A DNA stretch of 64,000 bases, taken from positions 93,372,001 through 93,436,000 of the forward strand of contig NC_058386.1 of assembly GCF_018350175.1 (NCBI RefSeq), in the 5' to 3' direction. The stretch's first letter is position 1; the number at the start of each line of letters is the position of its first letter. The DNA comes from Felis catus. Lineage: Eukaryota. Both the position numbers and the translations under genes were made by a program. The notes below the pieces were generated by a model, which saw only the letters and a program-made list of their open reading frames with translations, had not been told where the DNA came from and ran no database searches. Shown here in pieces: positions 38,396 to 51,257 of this stretch.

Positions 38396-40027
38396 AAGAA
38401 GAGTTGGCAAATAAAACAAAAGAAAATTTGTGGTTAGATTCAGGCAATACACTCTTGATTTATCTGGCTCAATCCTTAACTTTTTTAAACTTCTGAATGT
38501 AATAAAATTTTGCGTCTGGGATTGTATCACCTTCATTTTTGTCTCAAGTTTTATGTTAGTACCACAAAATCAATAAAAAGGGAGGCATCCTTAAAGTACT
38601 TCTGTTCAAAATTAATTGATTTCAGAAAAACCTTAGTTTCACACTCAGGAATATTCCATTTCTCCCTTTCTTTCATTTTTGCACCCAATCAACACGGGCC
38701 AAATTTGACTATCCTTTACAGAAAGGAGGCATTTACATCAGAAAACTTTTGAGTATGTGCTATTTGCAGTTGAATGCCTCGGCCTCTGGTTGTTAGGGGG
38801 TTTTTTGGTTTCCCCCCCCCTCAATCTCTAATATGGAACACACCTCCTTAAAATTACACCTATTCAGAGCATTTTTGTGAACTAAAACTGCCTTTCATTC
38901 TGCTAGGCTTCGCATTATTCTTTTATAATAGCCGCGTAGCATAACACATCACTAGGAACTTTCAATTCGTATACACGTTAGCTGCCAACCTCAAAAAGCC
39001 ACTTTAATCACATAAAACCTGCCGCCTTCTACCCAAAATATGATACCTATTATTTAATATACTTCCCATTTGCAGCGATCAGTCTCATAATGTCTAGTAA
39101 CATATATAAATAGATCTATTAACGTGCCCAAATTCGTGTTTTAATCTTCTTTTTCTGAAGTGTATATGCTCTATACACAATAGAAAATAATTTGTTGTTG
39201 TTACTTGTACTAAATATGAGGATGTGATTGGTAATGTGCTATTTTGTATTGGAAAGCTTTGCCCAGTGGTTTTGTCTTTTCAAATTGTTCCTTTGGTTTG
39301 CCATGTTCACTTGAACTTGTGATTCACTGTTCCGAGTATCACCAATGGTCCACTCCAGTGCTCTCTTAGACACCACACAGAAAGCTTTAAAGGCAGTATG
39401 ACGTTAGATAAAGATGGTGGTATTAGAATATCCAGTGAACTTGAAGAGAAAGTTAAGAGAATGTGAATGAATAAATCAACAGGATAAGGCAAGGGGATAT
39501 GCTTTAAATAGTCTATAAACAAGACTCAGTGAAAGAAAAGAATATTTTGAACAAAGGACAGAAGAAATAGGAAAGGAGAAGAGCATACCTTATGGTTCCA
39601 TTGATAGGAACTTCTAGAATGGGCAAAAATAATCTAAAGTGATAGAAGTAAGGAGATAGAGTAAGTGATAGAAGAAGGAGTCAGTGGGGGGGTGACTACA
39701 AAGGAACAGGAAGATAGAACCATTCGGTATGTTCATTGGCACGGGGATTGCGCAGGTGTGTATTTTCTTCCTCAAAACTGGTCAAACTCCATATGTAAAA
39801 TATGTACATGTTATTATATGTAATTTATACTTCATTAGAGTAAACTGTCTAGAAGTCAAAGCACTCAGTAAAGGGTAACCATTGTGTTTGAATGGGATCA
39901 GATTTTAATCCCGAATGAAAGATGACCTCCTTCTTTTTAAATACGAAATATCCGTGTCATTCCAAAGAGGTACATTACACTCTTTTGTAATGTATTCCTG
40001 CTTCTCAGGATTGAGTACTGCCATTTT

Positions 40028-40245
40028 TTTTAATTTTTTTTCAACGTTTATTTATTTTTGGGACAGAGAGAGACAGAGCATGAATGGGAGTGGGGCAGAG
40101 CGAGAGGGAGACACAGAATCGGAAGCAGCCTCCAGGCTCCGGGCCGTCAGCCCAGAGCCCGACGCGGGGCTCGAACTCACAAACCGCGAGATCGTGACCT
40201 GGGCTGAAGTCGGACGCTTAACCGACTGAGCCACCCAGGCGCCCC
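40028..40245 (-). mobile_element. Young Can-SINE
   Basis: TSD gagtactgccatttt. Confidence 0.95.
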
Positions 40246-40756
40246 AGAGTACTGCCATTTTAATGATGACGCTTAGCCACAGTAAGACAGGCATTTCTTT
40301 AATAGACATTCTACTTTAAATGCCTGTTTTTTTCCCCGTGATTTCAACCGAGGAGAAATAAAGCAGCAAACTTATCCATTAAATCTTCGCAGGATTCGTA
40401 TGACTTTGAAAGCGCGATTTTGAATTGAAACGACTGTTTCAGAATACTCTTTCTGCGGGTAGGCTGAAAGCAAAATAACATTAATTTTTGTAGGAAAAGG
40501 AAGATAAAATCTGCCTTGGACAATCACAAAATTCCCCTTCATACCATTTTATAAGTCAGTTATAAATAGCATCAGAAGTAATAGGGTTGCACATGAGAAA
40601 TTGAAAGATAGCGCATGCACTATTTTTGGAGGAGCCATTGTGTCCTGTTTGGATCAGTATGTAGAGCTAGGTTGTGGCTAGGGGCGTCTTTCCTTTTTCT
40701 CTGGAGTCGGCAGCCTACAAAGGAGAAAACTTTATCAAAGTCATGTGGGAATTTTA

Positions 40757-41279
40757 TTTTTATTTTTATTTTTATTTTTTATTTAAATTCAAGTTAACAT
40801 ACAGTGTTGTCATGGCTTCAGGAGTAGAACCCAGTGATTCATCCCTTGTATATGACACCCACTGCTCATCCCAAAAAGTGTCCTCCTTGGTCCATCAGCC
40901 ATTTAACCCAACCGCCCACCCACCACCCCTCCAGCAACCCTCACTTTGTTCTCTGTCTTTAAGAGTCTCTTCCGGTTGGCCTCGCTCTCTGTTTTGATCT
41001 TATTTTTCCTTCCCTTCCCCTACGTTCATCTGTTTTGTTTCTTAAATTCCACATATGAGTGAAATCGCATATCTGCCTTTCTCTGACCGAATTATTTCGC
41101 TTAGCATAGTACTCTCTAGTTCCATCCATGCTGCTGCAAATGGCAAGATTTCATTCTTTTTCATTGCTGAGTAGTATTCCATTGTGTATATATGCCACAT
41201 TGTTTTTATCCATTTGTCCATCGATGGACATTTGGGTTCTTTCCATAATTTGGCTATTGTTGATAGTGCTGCTCTACAC
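40757..41279 (-). mobile_element. 5'-truncated carnivore L1 with TSD
   Basis: Minus ORF AALSTIAKLWKEPKCPSMDKWIK...KKNEILPFAAAWMELE (ORF2p end); TSD gtcatgtgggaatttta (40740-40756 / 41280-41296). Confidence 0.93.
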
Positions 41280-41783
41280 GTCATGTGGGAATTTTAAAGA
41301 CAACAGTTGAGTAAGGTAAAAAGAAACTTGAAATGACAGAATGCTGATGACAAAATATATCTCAGATTTATGTATAAATAACCGAAAGAAAAAGACTGAA
41401 GAGTGTGTGACAGATATAAAATCTGAATGTAAAGAATGCCATCAGTGTGGAGCAGAGGCAAATCAAGTGGGATTAAAGAGAGAGACAGAAATGGGGGGAA
41501 AAAAGTTAATTTTGCCTAGGGTATTCCAGACTTTTTCAAAATTAATTAAAATTTTAGAAATGTACACGAAAATGTTGCAAACACCAGAAAAAGTATTTTT
41601 TTCAGTTGATAGGTCTGGAAGTAATTTTTTAAACTGTAAGATCGATTGTTTTTATGGAGGAGCAGAAATGCTTCATTATATCTCATTTCTCCCCCCAAGG
41701 GAGTCTGGAAACCCGCAATAAATAAATCCTGTGTGAATAGGGAAAATTAAGTGGGAGCTACAGCAGTAGAACAGGTCATTACT

Positions 41784-42056
41784 GGGGCGCCTGGGTGGCG
41801 TAGTCGGTTAAGCGTCCGACTTCAGCCAGGTCACGATCTCGCGGTCCGTGAGTTCGAGCCCCGCGTCAGGCTCTGGGCTGACGGCTCAGAGCCTGGAGCC
41901 TGTTTCCGTTTCTGTGTCTCCCTCTCTCTCTGTCCCTCGCCCGTTCATGCTCTGTCTCTCTCTGTCCCAAAAATAAATAAACGTTGAAAAAAAAAATGTA
42001 AAAAAATAAAAATAAAAATAAATAAATAAATAAATAAATAAAAAATAAAAAAAAAA
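41784..42056 (+). mobile_element. Young Can-SINE with long (AAAT)n tail
   Basis: TSD agaacaggtcattact. Confidence 0.95.
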
Positions 42057-42775
42057 AGAACAGGTCATTACTATGCACTGAAATGATTTCAGGCTTTGCC
42101 GCAATTCTATGTTTCATTTTTACCGTACAGACTAATAACTTGGCAATCGACTTCTTCAGCATGCAAGGAGTCTCATCGTGGCCCAAAAATTACTAATTTT
42201 GTACTTCTGGGTCTGGAAATGTGCTAGGCAGAACCGGGTTTACATCCCTTTTCGTGAAGAAATTATTTTTATTTACTGTAGATCCCCTGCCATGTTTAAG
42301 GTGATCATGTGTTCTCACATATTTATTTCATAAATCTTTGTATTATTTAGAGCTGTAAAACAGACAAGAACATTCTAGTGCAAATTTATAATATTAAATG
42401 TATTTTCCTGACATTTAGATTAAGATAGCAAAGCTTTTACCCATGTTGCTTTTCATTAATTTGAAGTCAGAACTACTCTTTATTTACTGTCATAAGGAAT
42501 GAAAAATATAACAATTTGTTGGCATAGTCCATTGGCTCTTGAATGATTAAGAGGGTAGTCACATTAAATTATTTAAATTGTAGCTTTAAATTTATTGCAT
42601 TAATATTTTATACTATGCTTCAAATCTGTTACTTTATATTGATAAGTTTATGAGCTAATTATTTTAATGTCTTCAAATAATATGATAATTAATATTGTAT
42701 ATGTATTTTTTATAACTCTAGTCGTCTTTTCATTATTTGATTTTATTTACTTGAATGAATGGAAGAATTAGTTTT

Positions 42776-43213
42776 GTAGGAGAGGAAAAACTTTTCCTCT
42801 ACACTGTTGTGTTCGGTTCCTGAGACCTGCAAACTAAAATGAGAAGTGAGAGAATAACAGGAGAAAAAGTTTTGTTTCATATACATATGAAGCCAACAAA
42901 AAAAGCAACTGGCTTGTTTAACAGTAAAGTTAAGGACTTATATACTTAGCTTGGTAGGAAAAAGGAGAAGTGAAGAACAACTTCTCTAGGAAAAGCAAAT
43001 AGGTTTCTTTAGTAAAAAACAAGTGGGTTTTTTAGGAGAACAGATGGGAGAGAAGTTTGTGATAATGTTTGTCTATACAGGTACCAGTGGTCTTTCCATC
43101 TACCACAGAGCTATACAATTTTGCGGAGAGGGTATTCATGGTAGCCTCATTAACCCAGACATTACAGCTTTTAGTCAGATAAAGGAAACACAGGAGGCTT
43201 TTTTTTTTCCTGC
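42776..43213. mobile_element. Probable solo LTR (ERV1-like) remnant
   Basis: Starts tgtaggagaggaaaaacttttcctctac...gagacctgcaaactaaaatg...aacaggagaaaaag, resembling recalled ERV1/MER34-like LTR ends. Family and boundaries uncertain. Confidence 0.5.
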
Positions 43214-43716
43214 AATATGGTTACAGCAAATTTATTTGTCCTGCAAAAATGTAGCTGGCTAATATTTGTATTAATTTTGTTTTCAAATCTGAAAATAAAC
43301 ACTGTCAACCGATAGGTTTAAAATAATTGATACTGAAATGGCGATTTTTCAAATGTCCTTTCCCCTTCCAGCTTCTAGTATCGTTTTTCATACCTATGGG
43401 TAAAATACCATTTAATTAATCCTCGTCTGTAATTACTTCCCGGGAAATAATGTTTTAACTTAATATTTGAATCATGATTTTGCTGGTTCATGTATAATAC
43501 TCCACTGATATTTAATTTTCTCTGTTATCTGCTGCACTAGTGGTTGGGGCTTTTTAAAATTAACTTTATATAAATGAAACAGTCTTCTGGTGCCTTATGG
43601 GTATCAGCCTCATTACTTTTCAGTTATGCTTTATACATGGATAGTATAAATAGCTATTGTAAATAACACTTTACTTACAGAGTTCTCATTGCATTTTTCT
43701 AAACGTTTATTTTCAG

Positions 43717-43778
43717 GGATATCAACCAATATCCATGAGCATCTATAGGCCAACCATCGCCATCCTTCAAAAGTAATT
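43717..43778 (+). other. HTR2C: HTR2C exon 2 (non-coding 5' UTR, 62 nt)
   Basis: Acceptor ttttcag|G at 43716/43717 and donor ATT|GTAAGT at 43779. Sequence (GAGCATCTATA...GGCCAAC...CGCCATCCTTCAAAA) matches the recalled human exon 2 and joins exon 1 as in the human mRNA. Confidence 0.9.
43735..43776 (+). promoter_or_regulatory. uORF3 in exon 2 (MSIYRPTIAILQK*)
   Basis: ATG at 43735 with in-frame TAA at 43774-43776 inside exon 2; weak Kozak context. Confidence 0.45.
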
Positions 43779-44281
43779 GTAAGTATACCCATAAACATGC
43801 TACAGCATTCTCATTTTGCAGTAATATTCAACCATTATAGTTAGGAGATTCTGTTTAGTTTGGTAATGTAGACCTACCTCTGAACTAGTAAACATTTTCC
43901 ACGAATGATTTACCATATTTGAAAAAGAATATTATTTCATTGGTAAATAACATTTTAATGCAGCTTAAAAAAAAAAAAAACTCAGCCTGTTTAATGGCCA
44001 AATAATGTGTGAAACAGACACCCTTGCCAAAATGTTTAATCAGCACCCTGACTTTATACTAAATAAATATCAAATAAGATAACATAAATAAGAACAACTA
44101 GGCTAGCCAAGACAAACTGTGAACTTTAATTTTTCTCCTTCAGAAACAAACTCACATCCGAGATTAGGCCATAGAAAATACAGCTATTATTTTCCTATGA
44201 TAAACTTTTGAAGATATTCTTGAGGGATGGACCCAAAAATCTCAGGAGGAGTATGAGGGGAGACTGAGAATTTTGTTTCTT

Positions 44282-44495
44282 CTTTTTTTAAATTTTTTTT
44301 AAAGTTTATGTATTTTTGAGAGAGAGAGAACGGGAGTAGGGGAGGGGCAGCGAGAGAGGGAGACAGAATCCGAAGCAGGCTCCAGGCTCTGAGCTGGCAG
44401 CACAGAGCCCGACGCGGGGCTCGAACCTACGAACCGTAAGATCATGACCTGAGCCGAAGTTAGACGCTTAACCGACTGAGCCTCCCAGGCACCCC
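44282..44495 (-). mobile_element. Can-SINE
   Basis: TSD tgagaattttgtttctt. Confidence 0.95.
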
Positions 44496-44670
44496 TGAGA
44501 ATTTTGTTTCTTAAAAAGGAGTATCAGGGGGTTCCTGGGTGGCTCAGTCGGTATTCTCTAGGTTTCTTAAGCATATTATTACAATTTAGGCAAAGTAGGT
44601 CAGAATTAGATCCCTTATTTTAAGCTCTAGACTGCACAGGGAATCCTCAATTAAATTTCTGATTGTTCTA

Positions 44671-44886
44671 GGGGTGCCTAGGTGGCTCAATCAGTTAAGC
44701 ATCTGACTCTTGATCTGTGTCCTAGGTCATGATCCCCACGGTTTGTGAGTTCGAGTCCCCCATCAGGTTCTGTGCTAACGGTTCAGAGCCTGCTTGGAAT
44801 TCTCTCTCTCCCTCTCTGTCTCTGCCCCTACCCTGCTTGTGCTCTCTTTCTCTCAAAATAAATAAATAAATTTTAAGAAATTAAAA
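44671..44886 (+). mobile_element. Can-SINE
   Basis: TSD taaatttctgattgttct. Confidence 0.93.
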
Positions 44887-46294
44887 TAAATTTCTGATTG
44901 TTCTCAAAGTCATCCACATATATTTAATTCTGCACAATGTTTTTAGAATGATAGTGTTGGAGGAAGAACTGATAATGATCGTAGAGGTTAACTTGCTTTT
45001 ACAGTAAAATGTTAACAGACTCTTTCAGTATAAAATTAATATATACCCATTACATAAAAATTAAATGATACAACCTAAAGTGGAAAGTGGAAGTCTATCC
45101 AAATTGGAAAGAAGTTAGGGTGGAATAAGGGTGGGGAATGTCTGCTGCACATATTATGATTGATCAAAAAATAAAAGAAGAAAACAGTGATTTTACATCA
45201 AAGTAGTTGCATCAAAATGGCTGCATTAAAATGTACCATAGTCAGAATGGTCAATATCAAATTGTCCTGCTTTGTGATTTGATGACTCACCATTTAACAT
45301 GATGACAAAGGTTCCACTTCCTTTGTTTAAGATGTATTGAAGAAACTCTTGGTGCTATATAGCCAAGTTTCCATAAAGGAAACATGAAATTCAAAAAGCG
45401 TAAAACGTAAAATCTTAAAGAGCCCCAGCAGCTGTCCTGAGAGGGCACACAAGAAGTCACTCAGTGTACTTTTGTGAAAATCCAAGTTTTCCCACAGATG
45501 TTTTCACTACGTTGGTGAAACAGGCTAACGTGGACAGGTAGGTAAGTTTACACTCTCAAGCTTCAAACCGTGTTCACTCACACAAGGCCACCTCGTCTAT
45601 ATCAATGGCAACAGAAGCCCTACGGGGTGGCAAAGACCAAGGTCAACCTTAGTAGAATGTGACGTAAGCCGGTTTCACCTGCAGTACGCCCCTTTGGACA
45701 CACGCCTGTTGACCCCTTGTTCTTACCCAGCTGTTAACTGGAAGAGAGATTTGATATACAAATTCATGCTAGAGTGGCAATATCTAACAAGTCCTACCCC
45801 ATCCAGAGAGGGGCACATTTTAACATCGAAAATGGGGCTCCAACAAATCCCTTGATTGGCTAAAAGAGAAAATATGCCCCAAATGTCATCACGTTGGTAT
45901 ATAAGCTTGTTGCCTACTTCGCTTCTCCAAAAGGCTGGCCTCCTCAGGGCGTATTAGTGACACGGAAAATAGATATGCAACATACTTAATATAAAACCTT
46001 AGACTCTGGTTATTTATGGTAAAGAATTTTGTTATTGTCACTAAATATGTTCATTCTCACTGTATGTAGAAGAGTACTAAAAGTTTTGTGATAATGTACA
46101 CACATCCACAACTTGATATTCTTTGAGGTTTTGATATGGGGGTCCCTGGTGATTTCTAGCTATTTTAAGCTATATGAGATTCCACCGATTTTTAAAAATA
46201 AAAGGCAATTAACCTGATTGGTCTCCAGCTATCACTCAAACTTAGTAACACCTACTCTGAAGCCTTACTTAATGCTACCTATGGGCTACTATGA

Positions 46295-46530
46295 GATATA
46301 TATATATATAGTTATTATATATATATCAAATATAGTTATTATATATCATATATATCACAGTGAAGGTAATATGTATCAGATATATATATGTCTGATATGT
46401 ATGATATATATATATGTCTGATATAATATGTATCAGATATATATATATATATGATGTATCAGATATATACATGTCATATATATATATATGTATCAGATAT
46501 ATATATCAGATATATATCACAGTGAAGATA
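46295..46530. repeat. Complex AT-rich minisatellite built from TATCAGATATAT units in both orientations
   Basis: Seen directly; bounded by duplicated ATATATCACAGTGAAG. Confidence 0.85.
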
Positions 46531-48499
46531 ATAATTTAGGAAATGTGTTCAATGTCTCCTGCGAAAAATAATCAGTTGGACACTGTGCTCCCTCCTGAGC
46601 TGGATAAGGTTTGTAATATTAGTAAGTATTAAAGGTAAATATTATCTTTTTTTCTGTAAAACCATATCACCATTTAAAGTTTCTTCACAGAAAGTGAAGA
46701 AATGATGTACATACACTCCTTCTACAATGTCACGACGGATTTATACTTGTCCCTTTCTTGACATCTATATTAACACCTATACTTAAGAATTAAATTCACA
46801 CCTACGTGAACACCTATATTTAAGAATTGTATCTTTTAAACTTTTGACTAGGTGACTCTGTGTTGTGATAAATAAATACAAGTTCATTTAACGGAAGGAT
46901 TTTTTTGCAGTGTAAGTTCTCTGATATATAACTGAGTATGATTATAAAGTTGTTTTGGTTACCAAATGACTTAAAGGAAGACATAAGTAGACGCTAACAA
47001 AAATCAGCTATTACCTACGTACATATTATTGTTCTTCAGCTCTTCATTTGGTTAAAGTAAATGAAACATAATCAAAACTCATGAAAGGGTACAGAATTGA
47101 GTATTAAAATGTTGTGTGTTCCATGAGTAGAATATGCCTTTTATACCACCTACAGGAACCAACATGGTGTCTTGTACATGATATGCATTTAATAATATAT
47201 TCAATAATTAGTGCAATAATAACTATTGAACTAGTAGTGATAAAATAATAGCACCTTGGGAATAGATACTCAGTCAGGCATGCCTTTCAGTAGTGAATAT
47301 ATATACATATTTAGAGCATAAGAAAACCTAAACCTTTATGAGATAATTCCACATTCTTCACAATTTTTACTTGTACTAATATTCCAAAAATTGAAGTAGT
47401 CTTTTATAATAATCAAGAGAACTAAAAAACGTGGCTTTAACTGAGTGAAGAAATATTTATTGATTTCAATAATCCAATTGAGCCAACTGATAACTTGAAA
47501 AACTACATACCACACATATTTTTCACTCTGACTAGTCTGCACCCAAAGCCAACAAGGCTGGCAACGTGGTTCAGAATGTGCCCGTGCTAAAATGTTCCAA
47601 CTTTTCAAAATAAGCAAAAATCACTTTATTTTGGAAAGCTCAGCAGCTAAGCAGTTTCAAGGTAGAGTTGCATGGCCATTCACACTAGATCATAGCAGCG
47701 AAATAATTTTATATGTACATTTTCTGATTTTGAACATACACCTTTCAAAGCTATGCTTGTACTTCTAAATTTTGCATTTTCGAAACATTCATATCTCCCG
47801 AAATATCAAATATGGGTGTAACTTTCTTTTAAACATGGGTGTAACTTAAGGAACTGCAACAATTAAATTAATACATGTGGTATAAGAGGCCATCGGGATC
47901 AAGGAGTTTATGACGTAGAGAATGTTGATTTCATATTTATTAGTCTTAAGTACATATTGCTATCATTTTAGAAATGGCACATATTACCTTCCCAAAAGAT
48001 ACAGCTATCTTAATGAGGCAGAAGTTGTTACACGTTGTATGAAATGCATATTTGCATATTTGCATCATGTTTCTATCACATTTTACTCTCGTTTAAAAAT
48101 TATTTTTTCCCCTGCCAAAATTAAACCTATGACCCAGACAAATAACACGTGGTATATGAGAGCTTGCTAACAATCGCTTTCTGAAATATTCTCTCTTCGT
48201 ACCTCTAGGCATCATTGTTCATTTAGCTTTCTCAAAACTAAGTATCTTTATTTGTATCTTTAGAGACAAATAAAAACTGATAGTAAGCTTATAAAAAGAT
48301 ACTAATAAAATGTGAAAAGCGAATCACGTATTTGTGGTATGTTCGTTAAAACTATATTATATCAATTAAAATCTCTATGTAATTAATTGTCTTTCCATGG
48401 AGTATTGACTTCATAGGGTTTTGATTATATGAGAATATACTCTCCATGTGTTGCAAGGTTCTTAACATCATTGCCAACGACACTGTCATTTAGACGGTT

Positions 48500-49200
48500 G
48501 GATTGGGCAAGAAACTGTCAGTCATCCTTGAACATCTTCCTATCCCTTATGCCCCATAACCAATTTCATCACCAACTCCTGGCAACTTTAGCTTCTGAAT
48601 ATCTTCACTCCATTTCTAGCATCCTTATACTGGGTTTGGTTTGTCCATCACTTCTTGTCTGAGTACAGGAACACCCTTCGAAATGATTGCCCCAATTACA
48701 CATTTGCACTCCCAAGTCCCATCCTCCCTATTCTTAGTGCTCTTAGAATAAATACCAAAATCTTTGTTATGGGTTGTAAGAGAACCTAATCTGACCCCCG
48801 TCGACCTCTTCAGTGCCATAGTTTACCCTCTTCCCTCACCTCCCTCATGAATGCTTCGGCTACAACTGTCTACTTTGAGTTCCTTGAACACATCATGCTC
48901 TCGCCTCTGTTGTGAATCGTTCCTTGCATTTCCCACCTGTCCTAACGCTCACACCACCATCATAGCACTTACTGCGGTTTATACGTTTATGTTTATACAT
49001 TATATTAAGTTTGTCCATTTATGCTTGTGCTTAGAGATCCCTATCTCTAAGGGAGATAGGGACTAGACGTGAACGTCAGGAGATGAAGGGCAGGATTTGC
49101 TTTGGCTGAAGGTTGTAATTGTCAGCATCCGGCACGGTGCCTAGCATATGATTCAGTAAATAGTCATTGACTGAATAACTCAATGAACACATAGGTATTT
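48500..49200 (+). mobile_element. Degenerate L2 fragments
   Basis: Ends gcatccggcacggtgcctagcatatgattcagtaaatagtcattgactgaat (L2 3' end-like). Confidence 0.45.
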
Positions 49201-49511
49201 GTTAAAAAGTCATTCGTGTAACTTCTTGGAAGTAGTTGATCTGTGGTTGCTTAATTGTGCAGGCTATTTTTGTACTCGCCGCCCCCTACTGGTAGCTATA
49301 TATATTGCAGCCTGGTGAAAAATTTTAGAGGCCTCAGGTACTAAGACCTTAACATAGGGTTGCAGATGGGAGCTATCAATTAACTGTGACAGCAGTAAAC
49401 GTATCACCGTGTCTTCAAATGTGACATTAACTCTACAAGCAATTGACATATAAAAAGACATCAGATAACCAAATCCTATCACTGCTATGCATTATTAAAT
49501 AAGCAAGTTCA

Positions 49512-49709
49512 GGGCGCCTGGGTGGCTCAGTCGGTCAAGCGTCCGACTTCGGCTCAGGTCATGATCTCGCGGTCCGTGAGTTCGAGCCCCGCGTCGGGCT
49601 CTGTGCTGACCGCTCAGAGCCTGGAGCCTGTTTCAGATCCTGCATCTCCCTCTCTCTGACCCTCCCCCGTTCATGCTCTGTCTCTCTCTGTCTCAAAAAT
49701 AAATAAACG
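49512..49709 (+). mobile_element. Young Can-SINE without poly(A) tail
   Basis: TSD ttaaataagcaagttca (49495-49511 / 49710-49726). Confidence 0.95.
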
Positions 49710-50160
49710 TTAAATAAGCAAGTTCAAATTTGTGACAAATTAATTCTGCATAACCTATAAAGTATTAAGAACTAGTGCTAATGGGGCTCACCTTTCACGT
49801 TAAAAAAATGGAATATATATATATATATATTGAATGTAGTATGAAGGTATCATTCAATATATGAATATATATGAATATGATTGACATGTGATGTTACTAG
49901 ACGAACACGTTGATAAATGATATGATTCTGAGTTTATATTTCCTCCTGGCCAACTAAGATTTCTTATTCCTGCTTTAATTTCACATTGTATTTTATTTTT
50001 ATTCCACTAAATTACACTTAGCTATTATGCAGTGAACCAAATTTGTCTCCGATTGCATATATCTCCCGTAACTCATACATTTTACTACCCTAGTCGTGTT
50101 TCCATTTTTTCGTCTGCTAAATATTGACAAACAATTTTAAGACGGCACGATGAGTGCCGG

Positions 50161-50322
50161 AGCAATGTTTCTCAAGCCTTATTGCGGATGTAATCATCTG
50201 GGGATCCTGTTAAGCTGCAGATTGTGCTTAAGTAGGTCCGGAAAGGAGCCAGAGTTTGCGTGTCTAACAAGCTCCCAGGTGACGATATCGTCGGTCCGTG
50301 AACTATACTTGCGGGAGCACGG
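50161..50322. mobile_element. MER5-like hAT DNA transposon
   Basis: tttctcaagc...aatcatctggggatcctgttaa...tctaacaagctcccaggtga. Confidence 0.65.
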
Positions 50323-50330
50323 TAAAACAG

Positions 50331-50632
50331 CAGGGGTCAACAACCTTCTTCTGTAAAGGGCCAGGTAGTAATTATTTGTGGCGCTGTGTTCCACATAGTC
50401 TCTTGCAACAACTCAGCTTTGCTGTTCTAGCATACCGTCGGCCACGGGCAACATCGAGAGGAATGGTTGCTCATAAAACTTTATGAACACTGAAATTCAA
50501 ATGTCTACAGTTTTCACAGAGTATGGCATATCATTCATCTTTTTATTTGTTTTTTAAAACCATCTAAACAATGCAAGTGCCATTCTTAGTTCGTGGGCCA
50601 TATACAAAGACAGCGTATAGTTTGCCGATCGC
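50331..50632. mobile_element. MER58-like hAT DNA transposon
   Basis: caggggtcaacaacc...ctgtaaagggccaggtagtaa...tagtttgccgatc termini. Confidence 0.7.
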
Positions 50633-51257
50633 CCCGCGTTGCAGATTTTCATGAGGAGTTGTGTCAAGCGAGCGTGCAGAATACGAAGTGGAGGATGTGA
50701 TTAAGTTCCACATTTTGGAACGTTCAGAGAAGCCTGGTCTGCCTAGAGGGAGGAAGAGGGTAGCAATGATTGAGGAAACCAGGAAAAGCTACATTGGAAA
50801 GGTCAGGACTCTCTGCAAGTGACAGCAGACTGTTCTCAGATGAGAGGTCTAGGGAAGCATGTATAGAATCGAGGTTTGCAAATTCATTGAGGAAAAGTGA
50901 AATGAAGATCACAAAGCCAGGCAGGGCAGGCCAGTCAAGCCATTTTGTCCATTATCACAAAGCACACAGCCGACTACAAAGGGAAGCCAAGAACTGATGA
51001 ATGAAGATTAAAAAGATGGCCTCTCCAAACGCCTCAGCGGCTGACTCACGTTGCTGATGAGCTGGAGAGTAGGCATACGCACTGAGAGGTGCGGCGGTAG
51101 AGTGAGGCAACGGAACGTGACCCAACACCAGAGCTGGAAATGGTGAAAGATGGAATGTCAACTCTAGTTCGCTGTCCATTTCTCACATCATCCATCCCAA
51201 AAGGACTTTTTACAGTTGTGTTTCATTGGAATGCTAGAAGTGAATTAAGACTTGCTT

